DNA of 64,000 nucleotides from NCBI GenBank assembly GCA_016935525.1, contig JAFGQU010000022.1, positions 12,471 through 76,470 on the forward strand. Direction: 5' to 3'. Source of the stretch: Candidatus Omnitrophota bacterium. GTDB taxonomy: Bacteria > Omnitrophota > Gorgyraeia > Duberdicusellales > 4484-171. The translations under genes and the position numbers were made by a program. Each line of letters begins with the position of its first letter. Positions within the stretch are counted from its first letter, which is position 1. Positions 56,485-64,000 of this stretch are shown piece after piece. The notes beneath the pieces are model-generated. The model was not told the origin of the DNA and did not search any database. It worked only from the letters and a program-made list of their open reading frames with translations.

Positions 56485-56572
56485 TACACAGATAATCACT
56501 GATTTAAAACAGATGATCGCTGATATTCTTTGTGGCTATCTGTGTTTTTTTATCTGTGCTCATCTGTGTTTT
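56485..56572. repeat. Inverted array of direct repeats (CAGAT(A/G)ATC(A/G)CTGAT x2, then ATCTGTG x3) in the rpsH-rplF spacer
   Basis: cacagataatcactgatttaaaacagatgatcgctgata...ctatctgtgtttttttatctgtgctcatctgtgttttt. This is a ~98-nt gap where S8 and L6 genes normally abut. Confidence 0.8.
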
Positions 56573-56967
56573 TACCATACATATCCTATAACTTCTCCGC
56601 CGACCCCCAATTCACGGGCTTTTTCGTCGGTGACTACCCCTTGAGAAGTCGATATAATAGCTACCCCGTATCCGCTTAACACTCTGGCCATAGCTTTCCG
56701 CTTATTATAGACTCTGCGGCCGGGAGTAGATACCCGTTGCAGGCTATGGATCGCGTTTTTCTTGCCTTCATAACGTAAATACACTTTTATCTGTTTGTGT
56801 TCGGGCGTATCCAATTCTTTAAAATTCTCTATAAATTTCTTTTCTTTCAGTATCTCCAGGACCCGTAACAGCATCCGGGAATGAGGAACGGCTACGTCTT
56901 CTTTACGGGCACGGATAGCATTACGTATCATTGTAAATCCATCGGCGATCATATCTGTTCTGCTCAT
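56572..56967 (-). CDS. rpsH: 30S ribosomal protein S8
   Basis: S8 signature. 131 aa. Confidence 0.95.
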   Translation of the reverse strand: MSRTDMIADGFTMIRNAIRARKEDVAVPHSRMLLRVLEILKEKKFIENFKELDTPEHKQIKVYLRYEGKKNAIHSLQRVSTPGRRVYNKRKAMARVLSGYGVAIISTSQGVVTDEKARELGVGGEVIGYVW

Positions 56968-56986
56968 AATATCCTCTCGTCTTTAA

Positions 56987-57181
56987 TTACCAGCTTGCTT
57001 TTTTTACTCCAGGAACCAATCCCTGCCAGGCAAGCTGTCTAAAACAGATCCGGCAAAGTTCAAAATCCCGGATATATCCGCGCGGCCGGCCGCAACGGCG
57101 ACAACGATTTTTTCTGCGGGTAGAAAACTTCGGTGCCTTCTGGTCACGCTTCCATTTTTCTTTCATTGCTTTTGTCGACAT
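56987..57181 (-). CDS. rpsN: 30S ribosomal protein S14 type Z (zinc-binding)
   Basis: 61-64 aa. CRRCGRPRG...CRICFR Cys4. Confidence 0.9.
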   Translation of the reverse strand: MSTKAMKEKWKRDQKAPKFSTRRKNRCRRCGRPRGYIRDFELCRICFRQLAWQGLVPGVKKASW

Positions 57182-57189
57182 AACACCTC

Positions 57190-57759
57190 TTATTTCTTAA
57201 ATGGGAACCCAAAATATCGTAACAATTCACAAGCTTCCTCGTCGGTTTCGGCCGTGGTGCATATCGTGATATTCATCCCTTGAGTCCGTTCGATCCTATC
57301 GATGTCTATTTCGGGAAAGATCGACTGTTCGGTTATTCCGAAATTGTAATTCCCCTGATGGTCAAAACCGTGAGAAGAAAAACCACGGAAGTCACGAATA
57401 CGGGGGATGGCCGACACGATCAGCCGGTCAAGGAAATCATACATACGTAATCCCCGTAAGGTCACGCAACATCCGATTGCAAGACCTTTACGTAGCTTAA
57501 AATTTGAAATCGGTTTTTTTGCCCGGGTGATTTTCACTTTTTGCCCGGCGATTTTCGTAAGATCGGCGGCAGCTTTTTCTACCAGTTTTGCGTCACTGGT
57601 CGCCTGGCCGATCCCCATGTTGATCACGATCTTTTTCAATCGGGGAATCTGCATAGGATTGGCATAACCGAATTTTTCCTTCATCTGACCGACTATCGTA
57701 TCACGATAGATCTGCTTCAGACGCGGAACATATTTTTCTTTTAGATTTCCTTCTGGCAT
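57190..57759 (-). CDS. rplE: 50S ribosomal protein L5
   Basis: L5 signature. 189 aa. Confidence 0.95.
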   Translation of the reverse strand: MPEGNLKEKYVPRLKQIYRDTIVGQMKEKFGYANPMQIPRLKKIVINMGIGQATSDAKLVEKAAADLTKIAGQKVKITRAKKPISNFKLRKGLAIGCCVTLRGLRMYDFLDRLIVSAIPRIRDFRGFSSHGFDHQGNYNFGITEQSIFPEIDIDRIERTQGMNITICTTAETDEEACELLRYFGFPFKK

Positions 57760-58055
57760 CGCGAACAGACCCTCACTTTTCCTTTTTTATCGAGTAGTTT
57801 TGTATGAAACCGTACCCCTCGGTTACAATGGGAGCATAACAGCGCGATATTAGAGACCTGTATCGGTATCGGGATCTCTTTGATCCCTCCCGGATCAGCT
57901 TCTGACCGGCGGCGCATATGTTTTTTCACCAGGTTGACCCCTTCCACCAATACCGTGTTTTTCTTATAGTTCATTCTCAGGATCTTCCCGGTTTTATTTT
58001 TATCTTTTCCGGCAAGAACCATTATTTTATCGCCTTTTTTTAAGTGTAAACTCAT
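57741..58055 (-). CDS. rplX: 50S ribosomal protein L24 (KOW), with a C-terminal Cys4 (C-x2-C...C-x2-C)
   Basis: GDKIMVLAGKDKNKTGKI KOW motif. C-terminus CSHCNRG...CSRCQKEI. Confidence 0.9.
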   Translation of the reverse strand: MSLHLKKGDKIMVLAGKDKNKTGKILRMNYKKNTVLVEGVNLVKKHMRRRSEADPGGIKEIPIPIQVSNIALLCSHCNRGVRFHTKLLDKKGKVRVCSRCQKEI

Positions 58056-58057
58056 GA

Positions 58058-58423
58058 TTATATTACCTCTGGCGCCAATGAGAGAATTTTTGTAAATTTA
58101 TCCCGTAATTCCCGGGCAATCGGACCGAATACTCTTGTTGCGCGGGGATTTCCTTGTTTATCGATGATCACGCACGCATTTTTATCGAACGTGATCGCCA
58201 TGCCGTTTTTCCTCTTGATAGGAGCATGAGTGCGCACGATTACGGCCCGGACTACTTCCCCTTTTTTGACCTGGCCCCGGGGAATAGCTATTTTGACACT
58301 GGCAGTGATCACATCGCCAATATTGGCGCATTTCTTGTTTTTCTTACCGATAACGCCGATACAGGAAACCATTTTTGCTCCGCTATTATCGGCAACATCC
58401 AGTTTTGTCCGTAAATAGATCAT
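58058..58423 (-). CDS. rplN: 50S ribosomal protein L14
   Basis: [17 protein letters not shown] signature. Confidence 0.95.
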   Translation of the reverse strand: MIYLRTKLDVADNSGAKMVSCIGVIGKKNKKCANIGDVITASVKIAIPRGQVKKGEVVRAVIVRTHAPIKRKNGMAITFDKNACVIIDKQGNPRATRVFGPIARELRDKFTKILSLAPEVI

Positions 58424-58671
58424 TGGATCTTCTCCAATAAAAGAAACCGTTTTTCTTTAGAATAAGGGCGTGATTCGATGATCCGTACTTTATCACCGAC
58501 TTTGGCGATACTTTCGGGATCATGCACTTTATATTTCTTGGTATATTTCACCTGTTTCTGGTACATCGGATGAGCCATGCGTTGTTCGATCTCGACTACA
58601 ATGGTTTTCTGCATTTTATCGGAAATGACCACGCCTTCCATGATTCGTCTTTTTGTCTTAACTTCCTTCAT
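58420..58671 (-). CDS. rpsQ: 30S ribosomal protein S17
   Basis: OB-fold S17 signature. 83 aa. Confidence 0.95.
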   Translation of the reverse strand: MKEVKTKRRIMEGVVISDKMQKTIVVEIEQRMAHPMYQKQVKYTKKYKVHDPESIAKVGDKVRIIESRPYSKEKRFLLLEKIQ

Positions 58672-58864
58672 TTTTCTTCTCCTTCAATAGAGTTAAAATA
58701 CGGGCGGCATCTTTCCTGAGTTGCACAAAAAGATGCGGTTTTTCCACATGAGCGATCTTTTTCTGGAACCCAAGCTCCATAAGGCGCTTACGGGTCTCTT
58801 CAAGTTTAGTAGTCAGTTCCTGAATTGATAATTGACGTAAATCTTTTATCTTCATGAGTGTCAA
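58658..58864 (-). CDS. rpmC: 50S ribosomal protein L29
   Basis: 68 aa helical L29 pattern. Confidence 0.9.
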   Translation of the reverse strand: MTLMKIKDLRQLSIQELTTKLEETRKRLMELGFQKKIAHVEKPHLFVQLRKDAARILTLLKEKKNEGS

Positions 58865-59268
58865 CGCCTGGTTACAAACCGGGTTTTAAAAGGGAATTTA
58901 TACGCAATATTTTTAAAGGTTTCCCGGGCATATTCCTCCGGAACCCCGCCTAATTCAAAAAGGACGACTCCCCGTCTTATCAGCGCGACCCATTTATCTA
59001 CTTCGCCTTTCCCTTTCCCCATCCTTGATTCGGTAGGATGTTTGGTGATCGCTTTATCGGGAAAAATACGGATCCAGAGTTTTCCGCCCCGGCGCAACCG
59101 TCTGGTGATGATCACCCGCGCAGTTTCGATCTGCGTATTGGAAAGATACCCGCAGGTCAGGGCTTTTATACCGTACTCACCGAAAGAAACCGAAGATCCG
59201 GCTACAGCAAGGCCTTTTCTTCTGCCTCGCTGTGGTTTACGATATTTTACTCTTTTAGGTAGTAACAT
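58861..59268 (-). CDS. rplP: 50S ribosomal protein L16
   Basis: [16 protein letters not shown] signature. Confidence 0.95.
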   Translation of the reverse strand: MLLPKRVKYRKPQRGRRKGLAVAGSSVSFGEYGIKALTCGYLSNTQIETARVIITRRLRRGGKLWIRIFPDKAITKHPTESRMGKGKGEVDKWVALIRRGVVLFELGGVPEEYARETFKNIAYKFPFKTRFVTRR

Positions 59269-59278
59269 GGTTTAATCC

Positions 59279-59971
59279 TTACGAAGACTTCCCCGGACTA
59301 TTGGTTTCCTGGGGTGACTCAGGAATAAGATAATGCCCAAGATTTTTTATTCCTTTATATACCCACACTTTTACCCCGATCGTACCATATGTGGTACGGG
59401 CCACGGCAAATCCATAATCAATATCCGCACGAAAAGTCTGCAGGGGCACTTTACCGTATTTATATCTTTCGGTACGGGCGATTTCATGGCCGTCGAGCCG
59501 GCCGGATACGCTCATCTTTATTCCTTCACAACCCAGATTGATCGCCTGTTGAAGAGTCTTTTTCATTGCCCGGCGAAATCCCACCCGGCGAATAAGCTGA
59601 AAAGCGATATTTTCTGCCACCAACTGAGCCGATGTCCCCGGTTCCATAACCTCTTCGACATCGATCATAATCTCTTTTTTAGTTAATCTACCGATTTCTT
59701 CTTTTACCCGTTCTATATCCTGGCCCCGCCGGCCGATGATTACACCGGGACGAGAAGTCTTTATCCGGGCCCGGATAAGCGTAGGAGATACCCGTTCAAT
59801 AATAATACTGTCGATCGACCCGAACGAATAATTCCTTTTGATCAATTCCCGGATCTTTATGTCTTCTTCTAAAAAGTCGGCATATTCCCGTTTATTACTC
59901 GTAAACCATTTTGACTGCCAATCTTTTCCGAATCCGATCCGTACTACAAAGGGATGAACTTTTTGCCCCAT
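59279..59971 (-). CDS. rpsC: 30S ribosomal protein S3
   Basis: MGQKVHP...KH domain. 230 aa. Confidence 0.95.
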   Translation of the reverse strand: MGQKVHPFVVRIGFGKDWQSKWFTSNKREYADFLEEDIKIRELIKRNYSFGSIDSIIIERVSPTLIRARIKTSRPGVIIGRRGQDIERVKEEIGRLTKKEIMIDVEEVMEPGTSAQLVAENIAFQLIRRVGFRRAMKKTLQQAINLGCEGIKMSVSGRLDGHEIARTERYKYGKVPLQTFRADIDYGFAVARTTYGTIGVKVWVYKGIKNLGHYLIPESPQETNSPGKSS

Positions 59972-59978
59972 ACTTCTC

Positions 59979-60377
59979 CTACTTTGTTTTTTTCTTTTTA
60001 ACCGTTGTTTTTTTAGGTTTCTGTTTTGTTTTTTGTCCCAATATTTCCGCCGACCCCAGCTCCACCAGAAGGTGCGAAGTCCGGCGGCGGATCATGGTTG
60101 CCCGGCCGAAACTTGCCGCGCGATAACGAGTGATCATCGGCCCATCATTTACCCGTAAGGTGAGCAGTTTCAATTGAGCTTCGTCATACCCTTTTTGTTT
60201 GGCGTTGGCGACCGCCGATGAGAGCGTCTTATTGACGAATTTCGCCCCTTTTTTATTTAAAGAGTGCAAAATAGCCTGTGCCTCAGGAAGTGTGCGGCGT
60301 TTTACCAGATCGATCACCTGTCTTAACTTCTGCGGCGATATTCTTAAATATTTTGTGAGAGCTTTTGCTACCATCAT
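59979..60377 (-). CDS. rplV: 50S ribosomal protein L22 (Lys-rich C-terminal tail)
   Basis: L22 core. KKTTVKKKKTK tail. Confidence 0.9.
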   Translation of the reverse strand: MMVAKALTKYLRISPQKLRQVIDLVKRRTLPEAQAILHSLNKKGAKFVNKTLSSAVANAKQKGYDEAQLKLLTLRVNDGPMITRYRAASFGRATMIRRRTSHLLVELGSAEILGQKTKQKPKKTTVKKKKTK

Positions 60378-60379
60378 GC

Positions 60380-60415
60380 ATCCTGTAACGTGACACGCGT
60401 GCTGCGCAACACGTC
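60380..60415. repeat. Palindrome-rich motif in the rplV 5' leader sharing a 16-nt core with the rpsD leader motif
   Basis: cctgtaacgtgacacgcgtgctgcgcaacacgtcg. Compare with 50580..50612. Confidence 0.45.
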
Positions 60416-60422
60416 GTAATTA

Positions 60423-60710
60423 TTATTTTTTCGCTATTGCTTTCTTTGCTTTAATACCGCCATGTTGACGGAATGTCCGGGTAGGGACAAATTCTCCTAA
60501 TCTATGTCCGACCATCCCTTCAGTCACATACACCGGGACGTGTTTCCTTCCGTCATGAACGGCAAAAGTCAATCCGACAAATTCGGGAGTGATCATACTG
60601 GCTCGAGCCCAGGTTTTAATCGGTTTTCTATCTCCGGAAGTCCGCGCTTTTTCGACTTTTTTCTGTAACTTAGGATATACGTAAGGACCTTTCTTTAATG
60701 ACCTGCTCAT
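60423..60710 (-). CDS. rpsS: 30S ribosomal protein S19
   Basis: [11 protein letters not shown] signature. Confidence 0.95.
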   Translation of the reverse strand: MSRSLKKGPYVYPKLQKKVEKARTSGDRKPIKTWARASMITPEFVGLTFAVHDGRKHVPVYVTEGMVGHRLGEFVPTRTFRQHGGIKAKKAIAKK

Positions 60711-61555
60711 TTCGATCCTTTCGTTTTTCTTCTTTTTATAATGTATTTATCACTTATACGATGAGGTTTTCTTGTCTTACCGCCTTTAGTCGGTTTTCCC
60801 CAGGGAGTGACCGGATGAGGGTTCCCCTGGCCGGCTTTTCCTTCGCCTCCGCCATGAGGATGATCTACGGGGTTCATCGCGACTCCGCGTACTTTCGGAC
60901 GACGTCCTAACCATCGTACCCGGCCGGCTTTTCCGTGAACACACGCGGCATGTTCTATATTTCCTACCTGTCCTACTGTTGCCCGGCAGGATAGCTTTAT
61001 TAACCGGATCTCTCCCGAAGGCATCCTGATCTGAGCAAACCCGCGTTCTTTAGCCATAAGCTGGGCGCTCGACCCGGCACTACGGATCAATTTGGCGCCT
61101 CGCCCGGGCTCTAACTCAAGATTATGGATTTCAGTACCCAAAGGCATATGTTCGAGTTTCATACAGTTACCCGGTTTAATGTCTATCTGGCTATCGGAGG
61201 CGCTCATCACCTGGTCTCCTACGTGTAACCCGTGAGGATGAATAATATACCGGCGTTCTTTATCGGAATATTCCACCAGGGCTATCCGGGCGCTGCGGTT
61301 GGGATCATACTCGATCGCAATAACGTTTCCTGAGGTATCGAATTTATCCCGTTTAAAATCAATATTTCGATAACGGCGTTTATGCCCGCCGCCGCGATGG
61401 CGCATCGTGACTCTTCCGTCGGTATTTCTCCCGCCGGTTCTTTTCACATGGCTGGTCAGAGATTTTTCCGGTTTACTTTTAGTGATCTCGGCAAAATCAG
61501 TAATGACCTTGTATCTCATCGTCGGCGTGATCGGTCTAAATTTCTTAAGTCCCAT
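60707..61555 (-). CDS. rplB: 50S ribosomal protein L2
   Basis: L2 signature. 282 aa. Confidence 0.95.
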   Translation of the reverse strand: MGLKKFRPITPTMRYKVITDFAEITKSKPEKSLTSHVKRTGGRNTDGRVTMRHRGGGHKRRYRNIDFKRDKFDTSGNVIAIEYDPNRSARIALVEYSDKERRYIIHPHGLHVGDQVMSASDSQIDIKPGNCMKLEHMPLGTEIHNLELEPGRGAKLIRSAGSSAQLMAKERGFAQIRMPSGEIRLIKLSCRATVGQVGNIEHAACVHGKAGRVRWLGRRPKVRGVAMNPVDHPHGGGEGKAGQGNPHPVTPWGKPTKGGKTRKPHRISDKYIIKRRKTKGSK

Positions 61556-61566
61556 ACGTTACCTCG

Positions 61567-61857
61567 TTATACAAACTTTATTTCTTGGCCTTCACGCAAA
61601 GTGACGACCGCTTTTTTCCAGGAAGCAGTCTTTCCTTCCTGTCCCCAACGTAACCTTTTCAGTTTACCTTTTTTATTAAGTACGTTCACTCTCGTTACTT
61701 TTACTTTATATATTTTTTCGACAGCCTTTTTTATTTCGATCTTATTGGCATCACCGGAAACCCTGAACGTATATTGCCGGTTCTGTCCGGCCATCGTCGC
61801 TTTTTCGGTGATATACGGAGATTGTATTATCGAATAAAACTCGCTCATTTCAGCCAC
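61567..61857 (-). CDS. rplW: 50S ribosomal protein L23
   Basis: 96 aa L23 signature. Confidence 0.9.
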   Translation of the reverse strand: MAEMSEFYSIIQSPYITEKATMAGQNRQYTFRVSGDANKIEIKKAVEKIYKVKVTRVNVLNKKGKLKRLRWGQEGKTASWKKAVVTLREGQEIKFV

Positions 61858-62489
61858 TTCTTTATTTTTTCTTCGATCTTCAAAAGGCTTTCTTTAGTAA
61901 ATACGATCTTCTCGCAATTGAGAGCCATGTACGTCGACAGATCATTTACCCGCGAAACGGTAAGGTTCGCGATATTACGCGAAGCGAACGCCAGGTTATC
62001 CGTAGGAGTATCGATGATAAATTTCACCTTAGTCTTTTCGACCTTTAGATTACGCAATATCTCGAAAAACCCTTTGGTCTTTTTACTATCCAGGACTATC
62101 TGGTCTATGACCATCAATTGTTCGTCGTTCAATTTAGAATTCAAAGCGCTTTTCAGCGCCATCGTCTTCATCCGTTGCGGGAACTTTTTAGTATATTTGT
62201 GCGGTTGAGGGCCAAAGGTTATCCCGCCCCCGCGCCATAATGGAGAACGGATCGACCCGACCCGGGCCCTCCCCGTTCCTTTTTGACGCCACGGTTTGAT
62301 CCCGCCGCCGGATACTTCACCGCGTCTTTTGGTTTTCGCGCATCCGGTCCGTTTATTTGCCAGATGACTGACCACCGCCTGGTTCAAAAGGTCATGATTC
62401 ACTTTCCCGTCAAACACTTTAGAATCAAGCGAATACTTTGAGATCTTTTTACCTTTTTGATTATAAATTTCTAATTCTTTCGTCTTCAT
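61845..62489 (-). CDS. rplD: 50S ribosomal protein L4
   Basis: L4 signature. 214 aa. Confidence 0.95.
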   Translation of the reverse strand: MKTKELEIYNQKGKKISKYSLDSKVFDGKVNHDLLNQAVVSHLANKRTGCAKTKRRGEVSGGGIKPWRQKGTGRARVGSIRSPLWRGGGITFGPQPHKYTKKFPQRMKTMALKSALNSKLNDEQLMVIDQIVLDSKKTKGFFEILRNLKVEKTKVKFIIDTPTDNLAFASRNIANLTVSRVNDLSTYMALNCEKIVFTKESLLKIEEKIKKWLK

Positions 62490-63109
62490 CGTTTACGCAC
62501 CGATACGACACCGCCGATACTTCCCGGAACAGCGCCTTTAATGAACAAAAGGTTATTTTCTGTATCTACTTTCACTATCTCTACCTTCCTTACGGTACGA
62601 TAGACATCACCCATGTGTCCCGGCATCTTAAGGCCTTTGATGATCCGGCCGGGAAAAGTATTTGCCCCGGCTGATCCCAGCCGGCGATGCATGGTGTGGC
62701 CATGAGTCCGCGGTTGGCCCCGCCAGCCATGGCGGCGGACACCGCCCTGAAACCCCCGGCCTTTCATTTTACCCTGGACATCGACTATTTCCGATTCCTG
62801 AAAAATGTCAATTCCGATCTCCTGAAGCGGCGCGATTTCAGCGTTCGGGTCGAAATCGACTTCACGTAATAACCGGTAAAAGGAGGTACCGAGTTTTTTG
62901 AAATATCCCTGTTGCGGTTTTTTTATCTTCTTCACCTTTTTTTCCGGCACTTTAAAACACCCGATCCGGACCTTTTCCTTTGTGGGATAGGTCACTTTCT
63001 CAAGTACACATGCTGGTTCGATCTCAAGGATGGTAACTCCGACCAGATCCCCTTCTTCGGTAAAGATCTGGGTCATCCCTAACTTTTTTCCATACAGTTC
63101 TTTTATCAT
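62486..63109 (-). CDS. rplC: 50S ribosomal protein L3
   Basis: L3 signature. 207 aa. Confidence 0.95.
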   Translation of the reverse strand: MIKELYGKKLGMTQIFTEEGDLVGVTILEIEPACVLEKVTYPTKEKVRIGCFKVPEKKVKKIKKPQQGYFKKLGTSFYRLLREVDFDPNAEIAPLQEIGIDIFQESEIVDVQGKMKGRGFQGGVRRHGWRGQPRTHGHTMHRRLGSAGANTFPGRIIKGLKMPGHMGDVYRTVRKVEIVKVDTENNLLFIKGAVPGSIGGVVSVRKR

Positions 63110-63196
63110 CTCAATATACCTATATTATTATATGCGTGAGGCGTGTAAAACCCCCTCACCCTACGTTTCATCGCTTTGATCACGCAAAACGCTTTT

Positions 63197-63505
63197 TTAA
63201 ACTTCCTGTTTTATCTCTACATTCACCCCGCTCGGTAGATTTAACTTACGTAATGCATCTATCGTCTTAGGGGTAGGACTGTCCAGGTCAATGATCCGTT
63301 TATGAACAGCCATCATAAATTGCTCTCGCGATTTTTTATCTATGTTCGTCGAACGGTTGACGGTATAGATCTTCTTTTTTGTAGGCAAAGGAATAGGGCC
63401 ATTCACTTTAGCTCCGGTTCTTAAAGCCACATCCACGATCTCACTCGTTGATTGGTCTAGAAGTCTGTGATCAAATGCTTTCAGTCGTATTCTTAGTTTG
63501 AGCAT
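63197..63505 (-). CDS. rpsJ: 30S ribosomal protein S10
   Basis: [17 protein letters not shown] signature. Confidence 0.95.
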   Translation of the reverse strand: MLKLRIRLKAFDHRLLDQSTSEIVDVALRTGAKVNGPIPLPTKKKIYTVNRSTNIDKKSREQFMMAVHKRIIDLDSPTPKTIDALRKLNLPSGVNVEIKQEV

Positions 63506-63541
63506 GAACCTATTCCTTCTCTCTACGATTCTTGAAGCAGA

Positions 63542-64000
63542 TTATTCGGTGATTTCGGTAACCACGCCGGCTCCGACTGTCCTTCCGCCTTCACGAATAG
63601 CAAATCTTAATTCTTTTTCAATTGCGACCGGCTGGATAAGTTCGACATCTACAGTCACGTTATCCCCCGGCATTACCATCTCTACTCCCTGAGGCAGTTT
63701 CATGGTACCAGTTACATCTGTGGTACGAAAATAGAATTGCGGACGGTATCCGCCGAAAAACGGCGTATGTCTTCCGCCTTCTTCTTTTTTCAAAGCGTAG
63801 ATCTGAGCTTTGAATTTTTTATGAGGAGTGATCGTTCCGGGATGACAAGCAACCATTCCTCTTTCCACATCGTCTTTTTCAATACCACGCAGAAGTAACC
63901 CTACGTTGTCGCCGGCCTGGCCTTCATCAAGAAGTTTACGAAACATTTCTACCCCGGTCACGACCGTCTTTTTCGGTTCTTCGGCAATACCGACTAACTG
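63542..64000 (-). CDS. tuf: Elongation factor Tu, C-terminal portion (gene continues beyond window end)
   Basis: Domains 2/3 of EF-Tu (…[12 protein letters not shown]… C-terminus). ORF open to the window edge. Confidence 0.9.
   Translation of the reverse strand, partial: QLVGIAEEPKKTVVTGVEMFRKLLDEGQAGDNVGLLLRGIEKDDVERGMVACHPGTITPHKKFKAQIYALKKEEGGRHTPFFGGYRPQFYFRTTDVTGTMKLPQGVEMVMPGDNVTVDVELIQPVAIEKELRFAIREGGRTVGAGVVTEITE

Noticed and set aside
1-64000. Prophage / transposon / integron / defence island
   Set aside because: No integrase, transposase, recombinase, phage structural, restriction-modification or cas-like ORFs were recognised anywhere in the window. The gene content is housekeeping plus metabolism.

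Overview
Bacterial chromosomal window, tightly packed, with almost every gene on the minus strand (the only confident + strand gene is 11475..11825). No rRNA, tRNA, CRISPR array, integrase or transposase was found.

Content along the minus strand, from high to low coordinates:
- 64000→48381: conserved ribosomal-protein superoperon. tuf (partial), rpsJ, rplC-D-W-B, rpsS, rplV, rpsC, rplP, rpmC, rpsQ, rplN-X-E, Z-type rpsN, rpsH, rplF-R, rpsE, rplO, secY, adk, map, infA, rpmJ, rpsM-K-D, rpoA, rplQ. No L30 gene between rpsE and rplO.
- 48201→40755: metabolic operon. Class-I aminotransferase, leuC-like, pilT, leuD-like, isocitrate/isopropylmalate dehydrogenase-family gene, mdh, lipoamide-dehydrogenase-like oxidoreductase.
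- 40632→39047: CheY-like receiver plus GAF/HD-GYP c-di-GMP module.
- 39038→35458: envelope genes (UgtP/MGDG synthase-like, LpxL-like acyltransferase, GT2), then pcm.
- 34998→30632: NfnA/PyrK-like, GltD/NfnB-like and a stand-alone FMN-type glutamate-synthase domain protein. Downstream at 30541→29432 is an L-2-hydroxyglutarate oxidase-like gene.
- 29244→14504: large nitrogen-assimilation cluster. ECF-like sigma, OM beta-barrel, amt, P-II, small HTH, amt, P-II, GS type III, GATase1, Fis-type HTH, gltB, gltD.
- 14081→12012: radical-SAM (TIGR03916-like) plus DUF4130 (TIGR03915-like) putative DNA modification/repair pair.
- 10257→8501: HMGL-like aldolase and KDPG aldolase.
- 8419→1: glnS, tandem-domain ThyX-like, two secreted proteins, ArsC, GAF-ANTAR regulator, a fused GT2–DUF2064 transferase, a partial U32 peptidase.

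Most unusual observation: a recurring non-coding element in at least eight intercistronic spacers. Each has 2–5 copies of a 6–11 bp direct repeat followed by the same number of copies of its reverse complement, so it folds into a long bulged hairpin. The motif differs by locus, though GTCACA and AAATCC/GGATTT recur.

Other non-coding features of note: a near-identical tandem 87-bp repeat plus a terminator-like hairpin in the leader of the radical-SAM gene, a conserved 33-nt motif with a TTACC-N6-GGTAA palindrome upstream of two nitrogen operons, a GC-rich three-way-junction 5' leader upstream of the HMGL-like gene, and a 320-nt ORF-less GC-rich leader containing a perfect 28-bp palindrome.

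All calls come from reading the translated ORFs and the raw sequence; no database searches were run.
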